Shown piece by piece: positions 10,483-21,245 of a stretch of DNA of 39,139 bases; position 1 is the stretch's first letter; each line of letters opens with the position of its first letter. The stretch comes from Trichomonas gallinae (Eukaryota), in assembly GCA_008369845.1 (NCBI GenBank), contig MRSU01000103.1:1-39139 (forward strand), read 5' to 3'. The position numbers and the translations under genes were made by a program. A model generated the notes under the pieces. That model was not told the DNA's origin. It saw only the letters and a list, made by a program, of their open reading frames with translations, and did no database searches.

Positions 10483-11259
10483 ATGTCATTTTTATAGAAT
10501 CCTTCAAAGAAGAAGACTTTATTGACACATTGCGCCAGTTTGATCTCGAGAACCAGGAATTTGATGAAAAGCACCTGCTTTCATTACTACTTAGCGAAGA
10601 ACAATTGATAATAGATGAATTAAATTCGGGAGATTTAAATGCATATGGGCATACGATCGATAAATTGCTTCAATATTCATTTTCTCGTTCTTTTGATATA
10701 ATACATTGAAATTTGCTCATGATTACATTGAAATCTTGACTCAATTGTATAACTACGGTTTCCACGATAAAATACTTTCTATTGTCATGCATATAGTACA
10801 ATTCAAAGAAGAAATTCTTTTCAATTTTATGGAAACTAAATTATATTATTTGATTATCAGTCAGTTACTTGGTGCAAACGATGAAGATATTAATTTTTTG
10901 TTGTAAAATTTACAAATATAATACAAAAATCATACCTTACCGCATAAATTTTTTATTCATCTGGATTTTTTATTGAAGTAATGAATAGAATTGAAGAAAT
11001 TTTCCCAACACGTGGGCAGTTCATGAATTGTGTAATAAGACAAGAAAATACAGGAATTAAGCAAGATTTTTTCCAAATAACTTCTGCAACTGAGCATTTC
11101 TTATGGCTTATTGTTCAACTTGTTAATTCTATTGTAAAAATGAAAGTAGATAGGAAAACAGCCGAGATGCTTCAACAAAGATATGAACAAATATCAATAC
11201 AGTATCCAAATTGGGAATTGATAAGACAATGTTTGATATCTTCCTTCAAGATTCAATAG
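10483..11259 (+). pseudogene. multiply disrupted hypothetical gene
   Basis: ATG at 10483 followed by three protein-like segments in different frames (IESFKEEDFIDTLRQF..., ORF 10706-10906, ORF 10981-11259). Confidence 0.55.
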
Positions 11260-11384
11260 ACCTCTCATCAGTATTGCCGAATATTGCAATATTTTTTCAA
11301 GTCAATGTAATTAAAAAAGAAAATCATCATAAACTAGACATTTAATTATTTCGCACATATGACTGGCATAAAATCAACGTTAAA

Positions 11385-13980
11385 ATGTTGGAAATTTTTA
11401 AAATTTTGCTGTTGACACTTTTTAATTTATTCCAATGCACCATATTTTTTTTAATTAAAAATGAATTAAATAACAGATAATGTGCAAGATAGCCAATTTG
11501 TTTATTACAGTACTAATTTTGAAATCCTTATTTCTGTTCCAGAAGGAAAAGAAAATATTATCATTGATTCGCGAGCAAAATATATTGGCGAATTTGCGTT
11601 CAAATTAGTAAATAATACTTTAAATGAGTTCTCTTTTGGCCCAAATCCGAATTTAATCGAAATAAAAAATCAAGCATTTCAGAATTGCATAAAATTAACT
11701 CGAATCGATCTTTCAGCATGCACTAATTTAATAACAATAGGTCCGAAAGCTTTCTACAACTGTAAGAATGTCAGAGAACTGTTACTTGCAGAAGGATTAA
11801 TTACAATTAACGAAAGTTGCTTCGAATTCCTTAGTATTACTTCTGTTGAGATCCCATCTACATTGAAGTACATGGATTTAAGATGTTTTGCTGAATGCAC
11901 TCTACTAGAGTCAATGAAATTTCCTGATGAAAGCCAAGTTGAAGTTTTAAGCAGCCAAATGATGTATAATACAAAGATAACAACTTTCAACTTACCCAAA
12001 AATGTTAAAAAGATCGAAGGGTCTTTCCACCAAAAATCTAGAATATCAAAATTTACCATAGATCCAAGAAATTCAAATTTCGTAATAAAAAATGAAGCAA
12101 TATATAAAGCTTCCGAGCCAACTGTTTTGCTATGTTATCCGCCGCAGCTACCTGGAGATGTTGAAATACCAGAAGGTGTCACTAAAATAGAAGGCGCTGC
12201 CTTTATTTTTGCACAAATAAAAAATGTTAAGTGTCCTTCTACTCTTACTATCATTGAAAAATATGCTTTTGCAAGCTCAAAAATCAGTTCAATAAGCTTA
12301 CAAAACAACATAAAAGGATTATTTAGTAATTCTTTCCACAATTGCCCATATTTAACATCTATTGAGATGCCAAATTCCATAACATATCTTGGATCACATG
12401 TCTTTGAAAAATGCATAAGACTTTCTAACGTTACTTTATCTAATAATGTTAAAATATTAGAAATGAATTTATTCAAAGATTGTAATTTGACGAGTATTAG
12501 CATTCCTTCAAGTATCGCAACAATTAGAACAGGTTGTTTCATTGGTTGTTTGTATTTACCAGAAGTTACTCTTCCTGATTCTTTGACGACGTTAGAAGGA
12601 AATGCTTTTGAAATCACGACAAAATTATTATTTGGAGATAATTCCAATTTTTACATTTTGAATCAATGCTTAGTTCTAGATAAACAAAATACAACAGTCT
12701 CGTTGTATATAGGCCCAAATGATAACAGAAAATTAGAAATTCCGCAAACAGTTACAACAATTAAAAAAAGCGCATTTTACCAAAAAAGCTCTTTATCACA
12801 GATTTCATTCGGATCAAATTCCCAATTGGCTACAATAGAATCTAATGCATTCTATGGATGCCATAGCATGAGATTCGTTGGACTGTCTGAGAATCTTATT
12901 GGTATTGGAGAATTTTCATTCTATCAATGCTATAATTTATTAAATATCAATCTAAACAAAATCAGTATAATTGGAAAGAATGCTTTCGAGCAATGTCGTC
13001 TTCTTTCATCCATTGTATTTGAATCCTCTCCATTAAAGAATTTGTCAGAATATACATTCAGCTCGTGCGTGAAATTAACATCAATTCGTCTTCCATATGG
13101 AATTGGTTATATTGGCCAAAATTGTTTTGCGAATTGTGCAACATTATCTTCTGTTTCATTTCCATCCTCTTTGTCGACGATTGGCGAATTATGTTTCATT
13201 GGATGCGATTTGGCAAAAGCTGACATGTCCTCATGCACAAATTTGATATCTATACCTGCTTATTGTTTTTCAGATAACATTCATTTGTCAAATGTTTTAT
13301 TCCCGCCAAATCTTGATAATATTGAAACAAGATCATTTCAAGGAACATCATTAAAATCTGTCAATTTTCCTGTTTCTCTAACAACATTATCTGATTATTC
13401 ATTTGATTCATGTGCATCAATAAAAAGAATTTCTATCCCTGCTGGATCAATGCTATCATCAATTGGAATTGGTGCATTTAAAGGCTGCAAATCAATTTCA
13501 ACAATTAAATGCGACAGTGACAGATTTACATTATTCACTGGAGCACTTTTTGACAAAGATCTGAGCAATCTGTTGTTGTTCCCTCCGGCATCGAATATAT
13601 CTTTCTTTTCACTTCCTCCCAATACTCGCACGATAAAGAGCGGTGCTTTCTATGAATGCACTAACCTAATTTCTATACTGATTCCCAGTGACAGCATTCA
13701 CCAGATCAGTGAAAGTGCATTTGAAGGCTGTGCATCACTCAAAATGATTAACATACCTTCCTGCGTAACAAATATTGGTCCAAATGCATTCCTTGGCTGT
13801 TCCTCACTAATTTGCGGCGTTACAGTCGAATCAAAAAGTATGGAATTTCGTTCTAATCTTATCTCTATATCTATGCTTAATCCACATGCAATCAAAGAAT
13901 GCGTTCCAAATGTTTCATGTAAATCAGTTCAAACAGCTCATATACAATATTTCCTTTTATTTCCATTCATACTATTATAA
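11385..13980 (+). CDS. BspA-like TpLRR surface protein, 5' end frameshifted (possible pseudogene or assembly error)
   Basis: Many IxxxAFxxCxxLxxIxIP repeats and a Cys plus hydrophobic tail. The main frame opens at 11470 with no ATG for about 130 codons. A hydrophobic leader from ATG 11385 is in another frame. Confidence 0.85.
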
Positions 13981-14153
13981 GTTTATGCCATAAGCTCTCC
14001 TTATTGTTTCTTGATGACAGCAATGTCAAAAATAAAATATTTGTTTTTCATATTTATTTATATAATGATGCAACTTTGATAGTCTCTTAATTTGGTTCAA
14101 GAATCTTCACTGAATCAATATTGCATTACTAACAAGACTTGATTAAACTTTAG

Positions 14154-14306
14154 ATGAAATCTGGAATCGAATTTAACTCAAGAGATAAATTCAACAATAT
14201 AGCCCTCATTTGTGCTTCATTTTATGGTCATCATGAAGCTGTCAATTTCTCTTTTGCAGTTCCTAAAATAGATATAAACGCAATAGGCAAATACAACAAT
14301 CTATAG
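14154..14306 (+). pseudogene. ankyrin-repeat relic (single repeat)
   Basis: MKSGIEFNSRDKFNNIALICASFYGHHEAVNFSFAVPKIDINAIGKYNNL*. Confidence 0.7.
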
Positions 14307-14335
14307 CTTTGTTTTAGGTACTTATTGAGGAAAAA

Positions 14336-14464
14336 GTTACATGCCAATAAATGATATTTATGTGGCAAAAATATTTACATGTCAATAAGTTATGTGGCAA
14401 AAATTATAATTACATGTCAGATATTATTTCTGTCATCCATCGGCAAAACCTAGTTTACGTGTCA
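14336..14464 (+). promoter_or_regulatory. cluster of TTAC(A/G)TG(T/C)CA / TTATGTGGCA motifs upstream of DENR
   Basis: About six related copies; the last, TTTACGTGTCA at 14454-14464, ends about 10 bp before the ATG at 14474. Confidence 0.55.
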
Positions 14465-14473
14465 AGAATCAGA

Positions 14474-15058
14474 ATGGCCGAAGAAGACGTTCCCGAGGCA
14501 CCAGTTCTGCAGAAGGCCTCTGTAGAATACTGCCCGAAGTGCGACGTTCCTCTCTGCTACTGCCGCTTCTTCAAGATCCACGGAGAAGGCGCAGAAGGCG
14601 AAGAAGGCGAAAAAGCTGAAGGCGCAGAAGGAGGAGAAGCTGAGGAAGAGAAGAAGGCACCAGCTAAGGGCGGAAAAGGCGGAAAGAAGGGCGCTAAGGA
14701 TCCAAAGGACCTTCCAAAGATCGAAATCGTTGTTAAGAACCGCAAGGCAAGAAAGTTCCTTACTACAGTTTCTAAGATCGAGCCATGGGGCCTTGATCTC
14801 AAGGAACTCCAGAAGGCTATCAGCAAGAAGATGTCCACATCCTGCTCAACAAAGAAGAAAGACGGCATGATGCAGATCATCGTCCAGGGTGATGCTTCAA
14901 ACCAGCTCAGAGATGTCCTTAAGACACAGTTCGGCGTCCCTGTCACATCAATTCAGATCACAATCAAGCAGAAGAAGAAACCAGAGCCAGCTCAGCCACC
15001 GCCACAGGGCAATGTCAACGCAAACGATGATGATGATGACGATGATGATTCCGATTAA
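14474..15058 (+). CDS. DENR: density-regulated protein / Tma22 (SUI1 domain translation reinitiation factor)
   Basis: N-terminal zinc motif VEYCPKCDVPLCYC and SUI1 domain (RKARKFLTTV...IIVQGD). The codon bias switch places the start at 14474. Confidence 0.85.
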   Translation: MAEEDVPEAPVLQKASVEYCPKCDVPLCYCRFFKIHGEGAEGEEGEKAEGAEGGEAEEEKKAPAKGGKGGKKGAKDPKDLPKIEIVVKNRKARKFLTTVSKIEPWGLDLKELQKAISKKMSTSCSTKKKDGMMQIIVQGDASNQLRDVLKTQFGVPVTSIQITIKQKKKPEPAQPPPQGNVNANDDDDDDDDSD

Positions 15059-15354
15059 ACATTTTGACGCTCATCATAATTTTTTTTCTTTTCTCAAGAC
15101 AAACTTTTTTATTCAATCCGAGTAGCATGCAAATATCATCAACACAACTTTTTATGAACAAAACTAGTTTGAATATTTTATTAATAGAATAAATTATAAA
15201 ACTGAAGGATAAATTAGAGCTTATGAGATTGGTGGATCGGTTTTATTCATTACTTTTGTTTTAAAATTGAATTTAAAAATTGATCATTTTTTTGATGTTT
15301 TTTGGGTCAATAAAAGTGTATATTTATATTTATTCAACATTTGTAGGAAGAAAT

Positions 15355-16491
15355 CTATTCAACTTTGTGTGGTTTGTTATCATCAGCATCAGCGAATAAA
15401 TCTGCGCAGCTGAATGTGCATCTGAACATGAATTTTCCAGGCGAAACATCTCTAACGTTGTGTACATCCATGTGCGGAAGCTTCATTCCGAGAGCTTTCT
15501 CAGCTCTTGCGCGAAGTGAGCTGATGTAGTCTCCATCTTTGTTATCGAACGAGTGGAAGATAACTATTGGCATTCTCGCTGTCTCGCGGTTCTTTGTTGC
15601 GCCTTCAGCAACAGCATCGAGAAATTCCACGGCAGTTCCTGGAAGATTCATAACGATGTAGTCACAGCCACCATTGTCGAACTGCTGTCTGATGAATTCT
15701 CTTGCATCCATGTTGAAACACTCAACTTTGTCTGCAACATTATTTAATTTGCAATTTTCTTGAAGCCAGTAGTAAGAGTCTGGATTCAAATCGTTTGCAC
15801 GTACATGGCATCCCTTTCTAGCAGCTCTAACAGCGAATGGACCGATTCCGCACATTGCATCACAAACGAGAGCGTTTTCTTTGAATGTTTCTACCACGGA
15901 ATCGTGTTCGTACTGAAGCCTAGAGTTCCAGTAGACCTTAGAGAAGTCCATTTTGAATGTGAAACCTGACTGATTCACTGTAGTAATGAAATCATTTTTG
16001 CCTGCAATGACTTCAAGCTCCATATTTCTGTAAACGTTGTTGATTGGGCCTTGTTTGATGGCAACTGTCTTGATGTAGGGATTTTTAAGGATGATTGTCT
16101 CGCCAATTACTTTTTTATAGGGTAATAAATCGTCATTTAAGTTCAAATGCGCAATATGACCTATTGTTTCGAATGCTGTTGTAATAACAATAGGTTCTGG
16201 AATGTAATGACGAAGAATTTCTTGAAGAGAGAGGTTTTTATATGTTAATGTAACTGAATATGGCTCAAGCTTCGCATCTGGGACTTTTTCTAAGACCTCA
16301 CTTGGAATTTCTGTAACATTTTCTAATAAAACTATTCTTTTTCCGTTTGGATCATCGACAACATTTCTAATATCTGTTGGAACTAAGCTTTTTGATTGAA
16401 GAAGAGATTTGACTGTGCTTGTCATCTGCTTTGGAACAACAATGGACTTGAATTCTTTTGGAATTTGTATATCTTTAGGCTCAACTTGCAT
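15355..16491 (-). CDS. TRM5: tRNA (guanine37-N1)-methyltransferase Trm5 (Met-10+ family)
   Basis: FETIGHIAHLNL, FSKVYWNSRLQYEH, DAMCGIGPFAV, ANDLNP, VMNLP. Confidence 0.93.
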   Translation of the reverse strand: MQVEPKDIQIPKEFKSIVVPKQMTSTVKSLLQSKSLVPTDIRNVVDDPNGKRIVLLENVTEIPSEVLEKVPDAKLEPYSVTLTYKNLSLQEILRHYIPEPIVITTAFETIGHIAHLNLNDDLLPYKKVIGETIILKNPYIKTVAIKQGPINNVYRNMELEVIAGKNDFITTVNQSGFTFKMDFSKVYWNSRLQYEHDSVVETFKENALVCDAMCGIGPFAVRAARKGCHVRANDLNPDSYYWLQENCKLNNVADKVECFNMDAREFIRQQFDNGGCDYIVMNLPGTAVEFLDAVAEGATKNRETARMPIVIFHSFDNKDGDYISSLRARAEKALGMKLPHMDVHNVRDVSPGKFMFRCTFSCADLFADADDNKPHKVE

Positions 16492-17071
16492 TTTTGTGCT
16501 CTTATACTAGAAATGGCGGTATTTGTCTTTGAAATTATTTTTAAAATTATTTATAGCATTTATATATTAAATATTTGCAATTTATTATGAGAAATTAAAT
16601 ATTGACATGTAAAACAATATTTTGTCATGTAAATTATATATTTTGACATAATTTTTAAAATTTAAGTTTTTGAGATTTTTCTACCAATATTAAGGATTTT
16701 CTAGGCGATTGTAATCATATTATTAATTTACTTTGTGTATTTTATGAATTTGATATTTTCGATTTCAAATACATATGTTTAAACAGAATGTATAATATTT
16801 CATTTAGTTAGTATATTAAAATAATAATGAAATGAATGAGTTTTTTGATCATAAATCTATCTTTATATATGATTCTCTATTATTTGATTCAAATTTTTCG
16901 TTTTAAAGATTCAACTCATTGGATTTTGTAAGATTTGTTAATAAGTACCTTCTATAAAGAACAGGAATTGCTATAAACTGTAAATTCAAACAAATAAAAT
17001 ACTTTGATCGAAATTGTAAGCAAATCTTTTGCTTTGATATGGGTTATTAAAAATATCGAATGAATTTTGTC

Positions 17072-18589
17072 TCAGAAGAAATTTTTGTACCATTTCCGTG
17101 AATCCCAGTCATAACCTGACATTGCGTAAAGCCATGGTGTGTAATAGATCCATAAAATGAATCCAGATATTATAAGAAGCGTGAACAAACAGCTAGAAAC
17201 AACCCTGTGATTTTGAAATGCGACATCAATAAAAGTTGCAAAGCTAAGGACGCCAAACATCAGAGGAATAAGATAGTGGTACACATAAAGAATCCGTGGG
17301 ACCAAAGCAAAAGGCAGCCAGCTTGAAAAATAAGCAAAAGGCCAAATTGAAATCTGCAAAAGATTCCAATTTTTGAACCAAAAGGCAGCAATGCTCAGTG
17401 CTAAGCCAAGAAAAGCACCTAAAACGGCTGAATACCAAACGAGAAAGTTTGGCGTTAAAACTAGACTCATATTATTTGTATAATAAGGAATACTCTTCAT
17501 GAGGACAAAAGGCCACTGATACCAATATGACTGTGCGCTATGCTCACCAGTAATCCTCATATTATGGACGTGCATTAGGTAGATTAGCGAGAAAACTCTT
17601 TTTAGCAATGATGAGCCTTTGACGTGATCAGAGAAGTCTGTTGTGCCTGATGGAAGAAGTGTCCCGTTGAAACAGTCTGGAATTGCATGGGATCTATTGG
17701 ATGGATAAATTAAAACAATAACATGAATGCAAAACAGTGAAATTGTAACAAAAAGTCCCGTAAATACAATGATGAACATGCGGAAAATGTACTTTCCGAG
17801 AATGTTATTCGTTAAGAAATCTTTGAATGAAGATTTTCGAATGTAGAAGCCATCTAATATCTTTAAAAGATTCCCTCCTGTTATATAAAGGAGCTGGTGT
17901 AGTGCAACTATCGCGTAAATGCTTAATGCAGTAAATTTGATCGAACTGCAGCAACCGCAGCCAATTCCTGCAACAACCAACGCAGCAATTGATTCTTCTG
18001 ACGTGTGTAGCACAGCCATCAACATAATTGCGAGCATCACGAATGAGTGCAAAATTCCGTCAGTAAAGATTTGCCGGCCTTCAACGATGAGCATGAACTC
18101 TATTGATAGGTAGAATCCAACAAACAGCGATGAAATGTATGAATATCCGAATATTCGCAGAGTTGCAAATCCATAAGGAGCAACTAGTGAAGAAAATGTT
18201 GCTGCTGTCATTCTAAGAGTTACATAATACTTGCTTTTGAATCCTTCAATGGCTGCATGGTAGTTTGTCGTTGCAGGATCGAAAGATAATTTTGCAAAAA
18301 ACGCGAATATTAGTTTTGCGAATGGAGGATGTACATCAAAGAAGTACTGATTCGTTAAATAGTAGTTTGTGAAGTTTCCAAAATAGATTTCGTCGAAAAT
18401 TCTGGCTTCAGGATATTGAATTCGAAAAGTTCTTGAAAGGAATCCGAAAAACATCAAGAAAAGCAAAGTTAACACGTCAGCCAATGTAAATTTCTTGTTG
18501 TAGTTGGGATGTTTTAATTTTGAAATATAATCACCCAACATACCACAAGAAATAATGGCAAAATCCAAAAATTTATTCATCCTTAGCAT
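17072..18589 (-). CDS. dolichyl-phosphate-mannose--protein O-mannosyltransferase (GT39), no MIR domain
   Basis: IFDEIYFG, FFDVHPPFAKL, HSAQSYWYQWP, RILYVYHYLIPL; multiple TM helices. Confidence 0.9.
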   Translation of the reverse strand: MLRMNKFLDFAIISCGMLGDYISKLKHPNYNKKFTLADVLTLLFLMFFGFLSRTFRIQYPEARIFDEIYFGNFTNYYLTNQYFFDVHPPFAKLIFAFFAKLSFDPATTNYHAAIEGFKSKYYVTLRMTAATFSSLVAPYGFATLRIFGYSYISSLFVGFYLSIEFMLIVEGRQIFTDGILHSFVMLAIMLMAVLHTSEESIAALVVAGIGCGCCSSIKFTALSIYAIVALHQLLYITGGNLLKILDGFYIRKSSFKDFLTNNILGKYIFRMFIIVFTGLFVTISLFCIHVIVLIYPSNRSHAIPDCFNGTLLPSGTTDFSDHVKGSSLLKRVFSLIYLMHVHNMRITGEHSAQSYWYQWPFVLMKSIPYYTNNMSLVLTPNFLVWYSAVLGAFLGLALSIAAFWFKNWNLLQISIWPFAYFSSWLPFALVPRILYVYHYLIPLMFGVLSFATFIDVAFQNHRVVSSCLFTLLIISGFILWIYYTPWLYAMSGYDWDSRKWYKNFF

Positions 18590-19194
18590 AGCAGTTTCAA
18601 GCTCATTTATCTAGAACTGTTAAATTCTAAAAATTCTTATATGAAAAAAAATCAACAAATTCTAACAAAATCTTTATTTTTTACGGCATTTCCAGAAGTT
18701 TTTGAAATGTTTTAGATGCCCAAAACTAAAATCAAATAAAATATTTATCAAATTCTCACAACTAATGAGCTGTAAGTAAAAAATTTGCTTTATATGGCAT
18801 GATGAGAATGTTATAAGGATAGAAAACAATATGAAAAAAGGTAAATAAATTTCGAGGTTCGAAAAGATTGGAATAGTTATTGGCCAATTAGCAAATCAAG
18901 TAGCCACGAAGCTCCTAACGAATAATTGGTCGTTTGTCTCCGTGATGAATAGTTACTGGAGAGCACGAATCTTCCAGTGACCGTGACGGATATGGCCACG
19001 AAACAGACCTGTTCAATTTTAATGAAACTTCGCCAAAATGTTTAATATTTGGAGAATGTTTTAAATAACTTATATTGATTTTAGTTCATTATTTAAAATT
19101 AGGAAAAATCATATGAAAAACAGTTGATTTTTATATTTGTTTATAATTTTTCTATTTTTTTAAACATTTGTTATGCGTTTAAAATTAGTTTAAA

Positions 19195-19718
19195 ATGCCA
19201 GCTGCCCGTGATTTTGGGCGTTGAAAGAACAATAGGCATTAAGAAGCTCAAAATCTACCTGATGGTGCTTGAGTTAGAGATATTTCATTAATATTAGTAA
19301 TCACATTGAAAATTTAGTTTTTAATCAGCGATATATAAACCTTACAGTCATCAAATACTCATTGAGTACTAATCATATGGTAGTCTTACTATAAGAAGTA
19401 GTTCTAAATCAACCTAATCAAGATGATATTGTTAAAGGAATCAAAAATCTTTCATATAGCATCAAACTTTCAAGGTATACAGCTCAACCATTGGAGAAAA
19501 TTCCACTCTATCTTTAAACGTATTCAAATTTTTCTTCAACTAATCCTCATACGAATCTAAACATCATTAATACATTCCTTAAAGATAAATAACCAGATAT
19601 TCCAGAGAAATTTAAAACAAATCAAGGAATTGATTTAATTTTGTTTGATTTCTTTCTTGTTTTCCAACAGAAATATCATCATGCTCATTATAATCGAGTT
19701 TCAAGCAGATGTTACTGA
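19195..19718 (+). pseudogene. decayed coding relic, family unknown
   Basis: One frame from about 19395 to 19718 reads protein-like (EVVLNQPNQDDIVKGIKN...) with scattered in-frame TAA codons. Confidence 0.35.
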
Positions 19719-20365
19719 ATCACGTTTGTAATTTCCAAGAAAAATTCGTTGAGAATTTTTCTAAATACGATTAAAATTACATGGCAGATTTTCCTATTAA
19801 TGTGGCATGTAAACAATTTTTTAAATAATTTATTACCTTGTGATTTATTAATAGGAAAAATAACAACAATTTATTTTTGAATGTGCTAAATCATCCTAAA
19901 AAATCGCAACAAGAATAACAATGAGTTAATCCCAAACATCCAAAATTGATCCTAAAACCGATCATAATCTAAATTATCCAAAACCGAATAATTTTTTTAA
20001 ATTGATCGCGAAAATTTTGTGATAATATTAATCATCTATCTGTGATGTAAACAAAAATAATTAAGATCAAATTGAATTGATCTAAAATTTTTGAACTTTA
20101 CTTCTCTTTAGGATGTTATATACCAAATTCGCGAAGTAAAAATCACCACATTGAAAAATATAATTTGCGAATTTTATTCAGCTATGTAAATAGATCATAA
20201 TACGCTATAAAATTTTATCTCAATTAAATTTGAATGGTTCTCAATTGATGATCGGATTTAAATCCAAATTTAACCCACAGGTGATAGTGATTCTAAATAA
20301 CGATTTATGATTTTTTGTATTCGTATTCGATTTTATGTCAAATTTTTATAGTTTTTCTTTTTGTA

Positions 20366-20599
20366 ATGAGTGGAAAACGAATCCAAGATTTCTTCATTGC
20401 ATTACAAAGGAAACTTGAGATGGACTGCGACGACATTGATCTCCCGGATGAGCATCTAAATAAGGAAGCCGAAAAGCCTTATCATGAACAAAACATTCAA
20501 AATCGAAAGCAAACTCTGGCGAATCCGTTCTTAGGCGACTTCTTCCAAAGATTAAGATCGAATCATAAGTCTAAGAAGCATTGGTTCAACAAGAAGTGA
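20366..20599 (+). CDS. small hypothetical protein (77 aa)
   Basis: ATG at 20366 (MSGKRIQDFF); higher GC than the flanks. Confidence 0.55.
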   Translation: MSGKRIQDFFIALQRKLEMDCDDIDLPDEHLNKEAEKPYHEQNIQNRKQTLANPFLGDFFQRLRSNHKSKKHWFNKK

Positions 20600-21245
20600 T
20601 ATCCCTAGTCGAACTCATACGTTTTGCGTGATAATTGACCGGGGATTTTATATTCTTAGCTGTTTTTGTTTGTAAATATTTCTTTTCTATCACCTCGCTC
20701 ACTATTTGACTCTCAATAAATTTCGGAATTAACTTCGACTGAGTCGAAGACTTGCTAATACAGCTCCAAATTCACATGTTTCTTCAATCTATTTCTTTCG
20801 ATAATTTAATATGGAATCGTCATTCGGATTACTCTTTATATCTCACTCGTTTTTGATTATATTACACATCATATTGTTTAATAAAGAACACTCGAGTCGA
20901 AAATCTTTTCCTAATCAGTTCAATCTTCTGCCATGTAAATTAATCAAAATTTCGATTACATGACAAAATTTTAAAATACATTAAATTTCAAGGGACGGAA
21001 TTCATGGTAGACTCTAAAATACATTGTTTTTGTGAGGTTCTTTTATTTTTTTAATTCAGCCTTGTGCAATGATAATATATTATTGATCACATTGATATTA
21101 TAAGTTAAAAATCATATATGTCCATACAGCTTTAATTATGGCTTCATAAAATGAACAATTGATTTTTCTGTAAAAATATTTTCGTATATTAGATAGGTAC
21201 AGAACATTTTAAAGTACAAACAATGGTATTTTAATAAAATAATTA

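Noticed and set aside
14351..14473. N-terminal extension of DENR in the ORF track
   Set aside because: It is translated promoter repeat sequence; codon bias starts at 14474.
18928..19009. hammerhead ribozyme or SECIS element
   Set aside because: GUC and GAAAC could form stem III, but no CUGANGA core follows stem I. There is no upstream selenoprotein ORF for a SECIS.
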